DNA of 64,000 bases from the NCBI GenBank assembly GCA_965153285.1, contig OZ229119.1; one strand, 5' to 3'. Within the stretch, counting starts at the first letter, position 1; each line of letters opens with the position of its first letter. Shown here piece by piece: positions 13,191 to 26,989 of this stretch. The stretch comes from Podarcis tiliguerta (Eukaryota). A program made the translations under genes and the position numbers. Below the pieces are notes generated by a model, which was not told the DNA's origin, did not search any database, and saw only the letters and a list, made by a program, of their open reading frames with translations.

Positions 13191-16100
13191 ACTTAGCTGG
13201 TTTGAAATTAAATGCAGTTAAAGTACTTGGCTTTAAGCTGATGTTTGTGAGATCAGGCAGTCCCTTGTTCATATGGGCAATTGTAAAGGAGATTTCTCTC
13301 CCCCCCCCCCCTTTTTAAGGTATGTGTGAGTGTTCAAACAAGAAGTAGCAAAAGGAAGTGGGATAGCTGTGTAGATCTCGATTTCAGACTACCTGCGTTT
13401 GTGCCGTGCTACACAGTAGGATTTTGATTGCAACAAAATTATCTCTAGGGTTGGATGAGAAGGCCCCAAAACTATTTCAATCCTGTTTATGTCATCATAG
13501 ATGTATTTACCTTGTGAATAACAATAATTTGTGCCAAATACTAATCAACCTCACAGCAGGATTACTTCCTTAGAGAATATTTCCAGTGTGGGCAATCATG
13601 ACAAAGAAATATAACCGTCTAAAAGCCTCTGCATAATATTTATGATTATCAGGAAAAGCCAAGGTTGTTGGCAGGAAAGTGGAGTTCTTTCTAGGAACAG
13701 CAGAATGTTACATGATGTGTGTTTCTATAATGCAGAAAATGTGTGCTATGGAATTGTGTCTTCTAGGATTGCTTTCTTAGGTAACTTCTTTCCAGAATCT
13801 TATCCTTTTCTCCTTTCTGAGTTCCACCTCTAAACCCCATTTATATAGATAAAAGTTAGATGCTGAGAAATAGCACATAGTCCCTGTACACAGGAATCTC
13901 GACATTGGTGAAAGGTTCTAACCCTTCCTCCTTTCTGACATAAAAGGTTTTTGGGGAATGTGGATGTTAACTGATGAGCATTCAGTCTTGTGAATCCTTT
14001 GTTGCAGTTAGTAGTGAAGTTAGGATGCAGCTTTCCTGCCTATTTGTTATTTGTGAATAAAAGTATTGTGGCGTTTGCTATATTTATTTATATGTAAATA
14101 TTCCTCCCATCAGTTTGCCCTAGTTTATCTTTTTCAAAAGTTCTCTTTATGCATTTTTCTTTTTTGGGGGGGAGGGACTGGGATTTCTATTAAATTAAAG
14201 TTACCAAAATAAGAATTGGAAGTTTAGTAACTGTGAATGTACATTTGTTTCCCACTTCATATTTTATTTTTTTGCTTTTGCCAGTGGCGTATAATTAGAT
14301 TGTGATTCTAAGACAGCAGTCCTATGTGCACTTACAAGGATCACAGTGAACAAATAAGACTTGCTTCCAACTAGACATGCGTAGGATTGCCATGCATGAA
14401 AGTGATCAGAAATAATTAAAAGCACATTTTCTTTGAACTATTTCCCAACCAAAGTTAAAAATATGGTTAAGTTCTCTTGAGTTCAGGGGTGATTTAAGTA
14501 CATACAGAGTTAAGGATTCTATCAGGCTTCTCCAGATATGGAAGATCTCAATAATTTTAGACCAGTGGCAAATCTCTGCTTCCTGAGCAGTCCTCAAGAG
14601 AGTGCCCTGCACAATGGATTGTGTCAGGAGACAGTCAGGGGAGTGTGACTCTGTTGATTTTCCTTTAGCTTTTTTGACCCTGTCCCAGCTTGCAATGCTT
14701 CTTCTCCTTCTTGGGTGGCTTTCTCCAGAAAGTGGTGCTTTTTTGGTGGGGCAGGGGCGGGATGAGTGCTTAGAGTCGAGATTTGTAGTCTAGTACCATC
14801 CGCAGTGCCACAGGTTCCCCATTCCTGCTCTCAAAGCATGCTTCCTGGTTTGGTCATATGGAGGTGATTCTTAGCCTCTGAGGCTATCGGAAGAGTGTCT
14901 GTTTACAGTTGTAGAACAAGCAGCTGTATTCGTATTTGCTTTTCAGTTTATACAGCCAGCAGCATAAGAGATGAGTTCTCCGGCTGTTAAGCCAAATAAA
15001 AGGAAAGAGCTAATGGTATCTACGAACACAGGGGAGGAGTAGTGGGTGGTGGTGTTTATAACAGAGTGAGTGTAATGAGGGGAGTATATTTCCTAATAAC
15101 AAGCATAAACCATCACACGCAACGTGCCTCCACTAGCCCTGAACTCTGATCTGAGTGGCCTTCCTGGATCACTGATGACGTAGAAATGCTTCTACAGTCG
15201 TTGGAGTCACTAGATGTTGGCTCAGTTCCTCAATTTTTAATCTGAAGTTTTGTTGTTGTTGGCCAGTTGATTGCAAACACAAATGTGAGTTTCTATTTCT
15301 GTTAATAAGATATTTTATCTTATTTGGGATAAATATTTTATCTTATTTGGGAACCTTTGCTCAAAACATTATTTAGTACTTGTTTGTTTCCATTTCTGCC
15401 TCCTCCACATTGGATATCTATATATCAGAATAGACTGTATAACGTGTATCGTTCTATTAAAAGCATGTTTTCTTAACGTTACGATTTCCGTTCCCTTAAT
15501 TTCTTGTTCGTTTTTCACTGCTATGGTTGGACATGAGGTAATAAGCTCATACCCAAATCTGATTTACTCATACAATCATCTCTGATCCTTTTGGGATGGA
15601 CAGCAGAGAATGGAAAGGATCTAGTTCCTTGTTCTTGTTCTTTCCTCAGATTCATCCATAGAGCAGTTGAATCTGTAGCACACAGATAATATCCCTCACT
15701 TCCAAGAAAAAGAAATCCATTTATGGCAGGCACCTGTTCCAATAGAATTATTAAAGCAGCAGATGAAACTGGAAAGTTTTGACATAGATTTCAAGGTTTT
15801 TTTTTATTACTACGTAGCTTACAGACAAGTTCTTGGTACTAAATTATTCAACAAGTCAAAGTGACCCAGTGGATTTCCTTCCCATCACTGCTTCTATTAT
15901 TTAGCCTTTTTTCCAATGCCAGCAATGCTAGACTATAACTGTCTGGTTTGACTTTCATGTGTCTGAATACTTTCCTTCATTGTGACCAGTATTTATTTCT
16001 TGGCTATTTTTCTATTACCTGTTGGCCCGTCTCTACCAGCTGATGAACTTTATTGAAGGAATGGTATATAAATGCCAGAAGTAAATACCAGGTGCATCTA

Positions 16101-18964
16101 AGTTCTTTGCAATACTGGGGTGCAGTTCATAAGTTGGATGTTCATAAGTTGGATGTGGCTGCACGTGATTCTCCATGGTGATGCAAGGAATCTTGTGGTG
16201 AACCTTCTGAACTGGAAGTCCCTTCATGGGTGCCACTAAAATAATGACCACTCCTTGGATTGTTTGTGCAAAGCAGAGGTGCCAGCTCATGGGGGCCAAG
16301 CTGTCCCCCCCCCATATCTTTTGTGAGGGGGCCGGCTCTTCCTCCTCCTGCCATGGAAGGAGGCCCGTTGTGGGAGAGGAGCAACTGTGGCTATTGAAGC
16401 AGTGCAGTGCTTGGCTCTATGCTCGGCCTCCTCCAGAAGATGTGACGTCATGCGCATGACAACACACACACGTTGTGCATCACACGGGCCCCCTAAATCT
16501 TCGGCACAAGTTGCTGCCTCTGCTCCAAGTTTGAATATTACTGCAAGAACTATGATACAACATGGGTTTTGATCAAGAATGAGCAACTCCCACTCCCATC
16601 ATCTTAAGCCAGGGTGGCCAGTGACCAGAGATGATGGGAGCTGTAGTCCAAGAAAACCTCAAGGGCCACATGACTTATTTAGAGCAAACAATGTGTTAAG
16701 TACAATATTATTAAAATGAATGGTTGCTTCGTACTTAAAGCTTATTCTTCATTCTGGAGCGTTATGCACCTCTCTCTTTCTCTCTTTCCCCATATCTCAA
16801 ATGTCCTCATAATGTCTCAGCATACATGCCTACAGGAAAAGTCCTAGTTTGTGTGGCACCCACTGTGCCAATATGAAGTTTGAATTGTTTTTTGTTTAAC
16901 TCAGAGAGGGCTGTGCCTGAAACTGTACATATGAAACTGTGAGGCAATATTTGTTTTGCAGCTGCCTTTACTTTTCTCTTGATAAATAGAGGATTCATGT
17001 TTCCCCTTGTGCTGTCAGTCTTCTGATCTTTCTGAATAATAGCAGCAGTTATGAAAATTTGCCTTGTAGATTAAGTGTAAAAGATGTCACAGATCTGAAT
17101 TAACAAGCAGCAAAAAGTCGATGTATATCCCTGTCCTCTCAGAAGAGTGCTCTTTTTCATAACTCAGGCAGCCTGGAATTTGTGGGGCAGCTCAGACGGG
17201 GTGGTGGGAGCAAAGATGGAAGAGGGAAGGAAGTTAAGGAAGAGTGAAGACAGAAAACACACCTTGCCTCCTCACCACCCTGAGACCTTCCTCTGCTGTG
17301 CTGCAAAGTGCTAAAGGACTGCTAGCCTTAAACAATTTTCAGGCTTTTAATACTTGTGAATTTTGGAAGCGAAAGCTCCAGAGGTCAAACATCAGTAACA
17401 ATCCCTAAATGTTTCTAGGGAAATAAAACCCTTTCATGCTGAATCACAGAACTGTACTGTTATGGTTTATAGCTTCATATATTGCTGTTAACTGTGAATA
17501 GTTGAGTTCTTCATGTTTTGCAATGAAGGCATACCGTCTTGTTGCAGCATTTCATTTTAATAGCAATCTTGCGTCTCTAGATCGAAGCGTTATATTCCTC
17601 TGTTTGATGAAATTTGGCTTCAGTTTTGCAGAGGTTTCTTTCTTCACAGCACTTTATTTTCATTGTTAAATTTCTGCTTTTGATTGCATTTTTTGTGTGT
17701 GTCTTTAAAGCATTATATATCTCATAGGTAAAGCATAATATTGTGCAAAAAACTATTTGAAATTTAGAGTGCTTCACTGTAGCTAGGCATAATGCTTTTA
17801 ATCCCTGTATACTCCAAAGCAAGTGGAACATGTCTCTGGCCTGAGGCATCCTGTGGCAAAAACGCACCTAAGGATTTGATAATTGCCCAGTTTGTGCTCT
17901 CATCATAACATACTGAAGTCCAACAATTGGCACCAGCTCCACACCAAATCATATTTCACTTGTGTTAAAAGTAAGGCAAGTTTTCATTAGGTTCCTGAGG
18001 TGAGAAAATGCCTTCATTTATATGCATGCTCAGACAGAAGAACATATGCCACATCTTTTGTATCACATCATTTTTATTCTTCCTCAGTTTTTTGATACTG
18101 CAAATTAATATATCATCGATTTCATCCAAGTGACAATGTGCAGGGACGTCTTCTTCCGAGAATAACCTGCCCCCTCACTAGTCTGGCACAACTTCTTCTC
18201 TGTCACAAAGAACATTCTTCAAAATAGCTTAAAAGGAGAGGGGTAGTGAGTGAAGACTGGAGTGGAGTGGAGACTTGAGGCTTATCCATAATTCTGCTTG
18301 TGCCGTGTCCAGAATCACAGTCTGAATGGTTTTCTGCTTGACCTGGGCTTTCTAGGCACAGGTCTGAGCAGATTCCCCCTTGCCCTGCTCCTTTCCAAGG
18401 AAAACCCACTCTTTAGAGATAGATCAGAACAAATGGCAATCCAAGGGAAACCCAAATTGTCGTTGGCTCCGCTTGAGTGCTAAAGAGTGTTTTTCCATGA
18501 ATAGGAAAACAGAACGACAAGAGGAATTATGAATAAGCCCTTACTTCCCAGAGCGCAATTGCAACGCAACTGGCAGATTAACTATATCAAATATTTGATG
18601 TTTTAGATATTCCTCTGAGTTCTTTAGTGCCATCCTCCTGAAAAAGAGAGCCATTAATACTGGAAACTTCCATAAACCAAAACTAACTCCTTCGTGGGAG
18701 CAATTGTGCTGTCACAACTGATGGGAGTTGTGTTTTGATTCTAGACTTCGATTTCAGCATTGCTTAAAATAATGTTTTAAGGCAGTACAAGATTTCTCCT
18801 CTTTTGTTTTTTCTGTGCTGAAGTTTTAAAGAATGCATTGCTCTGAATGTTTCTTTGAATTGCTTCCAGAACATAAACACAAGGCATGGCTTAATACCTA
18901 ACGTTTCTGGAATGTATTTTACATTACGAAGCTAGGAGTGCCTTTCATTATGGATTTCCAATTA

Positions 18965-19151
18965 CAGTGGTACCTCGGGTTAAGTACTTAATTCGTTCCG
19001 GAGGTCCGTACTTAACCTGAAACTGTTCTTAACCTGAAACACGACTTTAGCTAATGGGTCCTCCAGTTGCCGCTGCGCCACCGGAGCCCGATTTCTGTTC
19101 TTATCCTGAAGCGTATGTAACCTGAAGTGTATGTAACCCGAAGTACCACTG
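18965..19151. mobile_element. Same MITE family, inverted and internally deleted
   Basis: TA TSD and CAGTGGTAC TIRs; the interior is the reverse complement of the 11793 copy. Confidence 0.88.
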
Positions 19152-19227
19152 TAAATTATTCCCTGGTCGTGACTAAGATAATGAAATGGCTGTTGCCTTT
19201 CTGACTCTGGTCATCTTACCTCAAAAA

Positions 19228-19495
19228 GGATGCGATTCAGAAAAGGGCAACAAAAATGACCAAGAGGATGGATCAGCTCCCCTATGAAGGAAGATTACAA
19301 CTGTTGGGTTGGGGATTTTTTTGTTTAGAGAAAAGGCAAGTAAGAGGCAAAATTACGAATTTTCTGTAGAAAGTGGATAGATCTAGACTTTTTTCTCCCT
19401 CCCTCCCTCTCATAACACTAGATTCAAGGCATATAAAAGAAAGTACTTTTTCCCACAGCACATTGTTAAACTACGGAACTCACTCCCACAAGAGG
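19228..19495 (+). mobile_element. CR1 LINE fragment
   Basis: cagaaaagggcaacaaaaatgaccaagaggatgga...ccctatgaaggaagattac, matching CR1 ORF2 C-terminal DNA. Confidence 0.65.
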
Positions 19496-22400
19496 CTATG
19501 TCCTCTGATGGCTATGTTCTCCTACCACTGTCGGAGGCAGTGATGCTTCCAGTTTCTGGAAACTGCAGGAGTGGTGAGTGCTGTTGTGCTATGGTCTTGC
19601 TTGTGGGCTTCCCATAGGCTTTTTCAGACCCAAAAAAGCCAGTTTGTCTGGCCTCCAAAACCTCATTCGATGGTGGCGGCGGCAAAAAGAAATAAATCTA
19701 TAGTGCCCTGATGGGGATGCAACCCAGGCTCTCTCCAGTCAACAGATTCATAATTTAATGGGTGGAGAGAGGATGATAAGCTCTCTGAGATCAGCTAAGG
19801 AGGGAGACTGTGTGCTTGCAAGTGTAGGACGCTCCTCCCCAAACTGCTAGCATGTAGCTCTCCAGGGTAGGTGCCCAAGCCAGTGGCAAATTCCTCAGCC
19901 CAGAAATGGTTAGCCATTCCTACGATGGTCACATGAACAACTCCCACTAAAATTTGCTGCGGGGAATACAGGTATGCAGTTATTAAAGGGCAGGTCATCC
20001 TAACCTTAAGCAAGGCATTGTCTACCAGCAAGGAAGACTGTTATGCTAGATGTGCTTACTAGAGAGAGCAAGACCCACTGAACAAAGTGGGATCATTTCT
20101 AAGAAAACATGTAAGTTTGGGCTGCTGTTCTATTTCTACTGTAACTGTTAGTTAATTAGTATAAATGAAGTCTTCTGCAATGTTGCTCTTGCGATCAACT
20201 CAAATGGTAGCAGCGTAGCCTTGAAGAGACAGTTTTGTTAATGTGCAATCAGTTTTAGCGTAAAGGCTTGCAGTTGTCACAAAGCATTTCCTTGTATTGA
20301 AGAGTTAGTTAAGTATAAAGCTCTCAAGTTCAAGGGGGCAAGAGCTGTCTTAATGAAGAACAGCTTCAAAGGTTTTCAGTAAAGATAAAATTCCAGGAAA
20401 GGTGCGACATGTTTCCCTACTAAGAATTTTCTGTTTTGCATTTTCTAAGAAATCTTGATGTCGTCAGGAATGGTGAAGTTCCTCTCTCCCTTTTTGGAAC
20501 AGTTGCATGTAAGAACAAGTGAAAGATTTGGAGGCAGTCCAGGACTCATGGAAGTCAATGGCAAAATTCTTGTTAGGGTGTGTGCGTGTGGTTCTTGCTG
20601 TCATCCTTGAGCTGGTTTAATTAAGAACAAGTGCCTATTTATTTCTTTGCTTCTAGGTTGAGGCTTTTTGGGATGTCAGGCACACCTCAAAACTACATCA
20701 GACAGTAACAACCTCCACACTGATCTAGGTGGTTGGAATGACAAACCAGGGACTGTGAGGATCAGTGCAAGTAAGCATAGTTCAAAACAGTGATCTTTGG
20801 CACACAAGCACCACACTAAAGTTATACCTTTGCCATGGATGGTGCTATATACTGAATGTGAATACCCTACTGTAGTGGTTCCTGTCTGACAGCAAAATAC
20901 TGTCTTACTAAGAGTTCTAGTGAAATGCTTTATTTGAAAATGTTGAATCTTTTAGTATTTAGAGGTGAAGGAGCAAGGCAGCAAAAATGTAAAAAATAAA
21001 TAAATTGCTAAATGTAGGGAAATATGGGTTTTAATTATAGAGATAATGATCTTTTGAAGTACTGTTTCAAAACATATTTGGCTGTGTGTCAGCAATCCAA
21101 AGCCAAAACCTGTGTAATTGAGTCTTGTTCATATTTCTCTCCTGATAGGCATGCTTCTTTCATTTCTGTTCCATCCGTACTATTTACATTTTAGATTGCA
21201 AGCCTCTCGGTAGCAGAAACCAATGGGCTGTTTTTGTTTTTGTTTTGCTTTGTTTTGCAAAGTGGTGCTCCATAAATATCCTCTGCCATGTTTACTATCG
21301 AACCTCATAACATATTAACGTAGAATCATAGAATTGGAAGCTGACCCTGAGAATCACCTAGTCTAATCCCCTGCAATGCAAGAATATGCAGCTATCCCTT
21401 ATGTCTTCCTTATTCCAGCCATTTTTCTGTCAAATATTGGAGGGTGGGCAAATGCAGGCTTTCAGAATCATGGTAAACACGGATTTTAAAAAGAACACCT
21501 TCATGCTTGTTTAATGAAAACTAAAATTCTTCTGCAGCTACTGAACTGCTCACGTAATCCAATGTGTTCAACAGTGAGAGATTTCCAAGAAGGCAGGAAA
21601 CTGTAAAAGGGCAAGGCTTTCCAAGCTCTCCTGTTTGGTTTACAAAACCCTTGTGTTTTTAATGCTAGAGCTCCCTCCACCCCCCTCCTCTTTCTCAGAA
21701 TCTCATCTCTAGGAAATCCAGAGTGCTGCATAACTGTGAAGCACTTAGATTTGCAACAGACGACTCAAAGTCTCATGCTTGAAATAATCTGCTTTTCAAA
21801 ACTCAAACCCACCAAACAACCCTCTTACGTGTATATAGCCCTTCTTGCTCCCCCACCCCCCGCTTGCTCTGTAGAGTGACTTGATAAAGGCAAGCTTTGG
21901 ATAAAGGCGAAATAAAACTACTTAGAAAAAGATTGTGATCCTGGCATTGTGAGAGTTAGCTGAAATTTCTTAAATTAAAATCTAGACAGATGTGAAGCTT
22001 TCGGTGACAGCTTGAATCTGATCTCAGGCTATAAAGTGGAGTGTAGTATTAACACACTAATAAACTCACCCACATTCTCCTCCTCCTCTCTTTCCGCTGC
22101 CAATCGATTGCCCTGCTTTGCAGATCTTGCTATCACCTACTTTAATTATGGACAGTGGTGAGTGGAACTTCCTTTGTTCTGGTTGGTATTTGGTTTGCAA
22201 ATAATATTAAGCCACGGTTTGGTGCTATGAAATTGCCCTTTAGTTCAACAATTTTGGCAGGTTATTCTTCCAAATCCAAAATTTGCCCTTCTCTCTGTTT
22301 TTTGATTCTGATAATTGGGATTTGGGCCAAAAGAACTAATAACTTATCTGATAACTTTGACAAGGTGCACAATAGCCAAATTCAGAAGAACTTTGGATGC

Positions 22401-24050
22401 TGACCTTACGGCAGTTTGATATCAACAGCTCTTAAGGCAAGTTGACTAACCAACTTCAAGGCTGTAGGAAAATCCAAGACATGGGCAAATTCTATGCTGT
22501 TTTGTCAAGTTTTATTACATAAGCAGCAACTAAGGAATACTGGTACGGACCTCTGGGTTCTCATGGAAGCCTTTGGGAGGACACTTTTCAAAGATAGATA
22601 TGATGAGTGTAACTGCTTCAGGAGAACTGTGCGATGCACTTCCCATTTCAATAATTATGTGTTGTGTTGCATTGTTTGGTATTTGAAAAATGAATAAAAG
22701 TAAGTTGCATTAAAAAGCTGCTTGTAGAACTAGCACAAATCAGTTTTATGTGGCGACAGAGAATTTTATATTTAATGGTCTCCAGAGATTATGCATTGTA
22801 AGACAACGTGAATCACTATGGGTTTATATGTATATTGGTCAAAATTTAGTTTGGTCTTGGAAATGTGCAGTCTTCGATCCTCTGTGGTGAATTATTGCTG
22901 TGTTAAAACAGCTGTAAAATACAGTATTTCAAACAGAAAGAATTAATAGTAAAAATCAATAATCCGTGTAGGCCAGTAGCTTTAAAGTCTCAACCAGGAG
23001 GTTTCTCTGCTTATAGATTATTTTTCTGATTAGCTTTTTCCTTTATTAAAATTTTCTTTGGATGTTTTGTCAGTAAAACTTGTACACTCCGTTTTTAGTA
23101 TTATTTGTATTATTTAGAGTGTTGCATTTGTTTTTAGTACTATAAGTCCCATATTACATAAAATCTGTTAAACTGACATGAAAGTGGAGCAAGAAAATTA
23201 TTTGCTGCTTGACAGACATGCATGTATTTGTTAAGCCTGCCTCAACTTGTCAGAAGAAACTGCTTAAATAACTATAGTGGTTGTATAACTAGTAGTTGTA
23301 TTAAGTTTCCTAAGGCGCATGAAATCTGGCTTATTTGTGTTTGCAGCCCAATCCTGTACACATTTATTCAGCAGGAAGTTCCTCTGAATTTAAAAGAGCT
23401 TACTTGTAAGTAGTGTGCAGGACAATAGCCTTCATTTTATTGGTCAACGCAAACTCTACAAAGTTCAGGCATAAAATAATATAAAAGATCTTGGTATTGG
23501 TTGCTAGAAAAGCTCTTGCTTGGTACAATAGCTGTACCAAACTTCTCTCAAGTGTTTCTTACTCTCAGGGATACCACGGTCCTTTTATTTGCTTTTGCTT
23601 TGCAAAACCCTTCCTTTCCTATGGAACATCCTGTGGAATGCAGGCTATGTTTCTGTGAATTAGCTTACAACAGTACCAAATTGCTGATGATGAGGAACGT
23701 AGTCTTAGGTCATGTAGTGCAGACTTTTATTTTCATTTTTGCATTATTCAGGAGCTCCAAGCTTTCACCCGCAGTTTTATAGTACAACATGTGTTGGAAG
23801 AGATCATGCACTCAACGCAGGCAATTTGGAGCTTATTAAGAACAGCATGGTCTTCAAGGCAGTGGAGGGACTTAATTTGTATCCTAAATCTGCTAGACAC
23901 CCCTGCATTTCTTTTTCTATATCGCCTTTCCTACACGATTGCTCTTTCTACCTCTCTAGCCAGTGGCAGTAAATTGGACAAAGTACATTGCTTCTGTGTC
24001 TTTTACCAATGTATATATTTTTGTTGCTTATGTTGTGCCACTGTCATGTA

Positions 24051-24310
24051 CAGTTGTACCTTGTTTTGCGGTCAGGATCCATTCCAGAGCCCCGGCCACT
24101 AGCTGAAAATGATGCAGGGCAAAGTGCCACATCTGCGCATGCGCGTGGAGCGGTTTGTGCTTCTGCGCATGCGCTTCTGCGCGATTTAGCACTTCTGCAC
24201 ATGCACGAGCAGCAAACCCGGAAGTAACCCATTCCGGTACTTCTGGGTTTGCCACTGACAACTGCCAGAATGGACGCTAGACAAGGCCAACATTCACAGA
24301 GGTATTACTG
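24051..24310. mobile_element. Tigger-like MITE with TGCGCATGCGC-rich interior
   Basis: ta-cagttgtacctt ... gaggtattactg-ta. Confidence 0.75.
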
Positions 24311-24406
24311 TACTGTATTTGCAGCAAATTGAAATAAGTCTTATTTTTATAATGTGTACACTTGCACCCCATACAGCAGGGTATTGACAATTCTAACAAT
24401 GATTTG

Positions 24407-24665
24407 CCGTATTTTTCGCTCTATAAGACGCACCAGACCACAAGACGCACCTTGTTTTTGGAGGAGGAAAACAAGAAAAAAAATATTCTGAATCTCAGAA
24501 GCCAGAACAGCAAGAGGGATCGCTACGCAGTGAAAGCAGCAATCCCTCTTGCTGTTCTGGCTTCTGGGATAGCTGCGCAGCCTGCATTCGCTCCATAAGA
24601 TGCACACACATTTCCCCTTACTTTTTAGGAGGGAAAAAGTGAGTCTTATAGAGCAAAAAATACGG
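24407..24665. mobile_element. MITE, CCGTATTTT TIR family
   Basis: ccgtatttttcgctctataagac ... gtcttatagagcaaaaaatacgg-ta. Confidence 0.88.
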
Positions 24666-25689
24666 TAAATAACGCCGTGCCCCTTCTCTCCCACAAGCAT
24701 GCTGCTCCTTGCACATGTAGCTTCTTGTCTCCTATTGGACAGTGACACACACTGGGCAAGTGTGTAAACTTAAGGCTTTTCTGTAGAAGGAAGCAACTAC
24801 AGGAGGCCCATGAGCGACTGATAAATCACCTCACTGTTCATACACCTGTCTCTGTGTAAGGGAGTCATATTTCTGTCTTGAAAAGCTTGCATTTATAGGC
24901 CATAATTTATCTCATTTGTGTGGTCAGGGTGTATCAGCTGTGGAGTCGAGAGTTTCTTAAACTCTATTATTCACTTTGTGGATCTGCAGTTTCTTTTCAT
25001 GCTTGTGTTTTGAGTCCCTGTGGGAACCCCATCCATGTGCTGGTTAATTATTTATAAGTGGTCAATACTATACTAGGTTTACAGTAGGTTTGTTTTGGAC
25101 TGTGGTTTGCATTCCCTAGTATTGTTTTGCTTGAGAGCCAGAGCTCCATGAGAGTATTTTCATAGCAGGAACCTGTTTTCATGTGATGGGTGGGTGGGAG
25201 GATATGAACCCGATATACCAGCACTGCATAAACAAAACGGTTGACAAGCCAGATATCCTGAAATGGAACATGGCCTTTTAGATTGCAAGGATCAGTCTGA
25301 AAGAAAGTTGTTTGTTTTTTGAAAAAAATAAAAATAAAACCTAAGATTTTCACGGATGCTGAACTGTACTCTCAGTATCAATGTTTGCCACAGCCTCTGG
25401 GTACCTAAAATGCATAAACTAGATTAACTGTGGTGGGGTGTGTGTGTCCTGAGGCACCAGTGCTGCCGTCAGAAAGTCTTATGAAAGTTCTCAGCAAATA
25501 TCTCCTCAAAAATCCACAATGCCCATGTCTGTTTTTTTGCCCTTTTATATGTGGCAGCCACTTTGGGTTGCCATTTTCTGACTGGCGCCGCTCAAAATTC
25601 TAAATGTGCCCTTTGCCCCCCTAGAAAGTTGCCAGCCCCTGGTATAGAGTAAAATGGATTTTTCTTAACTCCTTCTCTCGTCTTTCTAT

Positions 25690-25970
25690 GTCCATTAAGA
25701 CCTCTTAATTGCACCGGGACCAGTTTACCTACAAGATCACCTCCCTTCATATGTGCCCACACAACTGATTTGGTTGGTGGAATTGGCATAACTACAGGTG
25801 CCACACAACACGTGTTCCCCATTTATAAGAACTCAATTGTTTCGTGTGGCAGCCCCTGCGCTGTGGAACTCCCTGCCTCTTGAGAACAAGCAGGCGACAT
25901 CACTTATACACTTTTCAGCGCCTGCTTAAAAACATTCCTGTTTAGACAAGCCTACCCAGATACTTAGAAA
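25690..25970 (+). mobile_element. Ancient L2 LINE 3' fragment
   Basis: gtggcagcccctgcgctgtggaactccctgcct...ttaaaaacattcctgtttagacaagcct, an L2 3' ORF signature. Confidence 0.6.
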
Positions 25971-26181
25971 GCTGAGGTAATATAAATCTGTTTTGATATT
26001 TTAACTTTTGTATGTTTTAAAGTAGGGTTGCAATTCTATTTTTTCTTGATTTCATTTATTTATCTTTTTATAAACTGCTTTGTCATCTCAATCAGCCTCT
26101 GTTTTTAGTTACTACTTTAGCTACTCCTAGGATTCAGTTTTGTAACAAGGCTGGTACTGACCTCAAAGGTCTATCACTGCA

Positions 26182-26989
26182 CAGTGGTACCTTGGTTCTC
26201 TTAATCCGTTCTGGAAGTCCGTTCCAAAACCAAAACGTTCTAAAACCAAGGCATGCTTCCCCATAGAAAGTAATGCAAATGGATTAATCCATTCCAGACT
26301 TCTAAAAACAACCCCTAAAACAGCAATTTAACATGAATTTTACTATCTAATGAGACCATTGATCCATAAAATGAAAGCAATAATCAATGTACTGTACTGT
26401 AAAATAAATAAGACAGTATTGTAGATGATAAAAATAAAAATTAATTTTTTTTCTTACCTGCACTGCTGATAGTCATTGGGGGGCTTTTATCCATTTCCGC
26501 AGTCACACAATCAATCAATCAATCAATCAGTAGCTGAACTGGGTTCCACACAGTCACAAAAATAAATTAACCAAAAAAGCCTCAAAAACAAAAATGCAAA
26601 ATAAATAGCAAAAAAAAGCACCAAATTTAATCCGTTCCAGAAGCCCATTTGACTTCCTAAATGTTTTAAAAACTAGGCGCAGCTTCTGATTGGTGCAGGT
26701 GGCCTGGAAACAAGAGCCGACAGTCACATCAGACGTTCGGCTTCCGAAAATCGTTTGAAAACCAGAACACTTACTTCCGGGTTTTCGGCATTTGAGAACC
26801 AAGGTACCCAGTGGCGTAGCGTGGGTTGTCAGCACCCGGGGCAGGGCAAGTAATTTGCACCCCCTAACCCGTGGATTTGCGCCCCCTAACCCGTGGATTT
26901 GCGCACCCTAACCCTAACCCCCAGATGTTGCGCCCGGTGCGGCCGGCCCCCCCTGCACCCACCACGCTACGCCACTGAAGGTACCACTG
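26182..26989. mobile_element. Longer Tigger-like MITE (CAGTGGTACCTTGGTTCTC TIR) with a hAT-type MITE nested in its right TIR
   Basis: Left TIR cagtggtaccttggttctc; right TIR gagaaccaaggtacc[insert]actg-ta. Related copy at 31957. Confidence 0.88.
26809..26977. mobile_element. hAT-type MITE (169 bp)
   Basis: Perfect 16-bp TIR CAGTGGCGTAGCGTGG; perfect 8-bp TSD aaggtacc (26801-26808 / 26978-26985). Confidence 0.93.

Noticed and set aside
15309-16156. Short tandem duplications (~22 bp at 15309-15352; 15 bp at ~16126-16155)
   Set aside because: Ordinary slippage duplications with no evidence of function.
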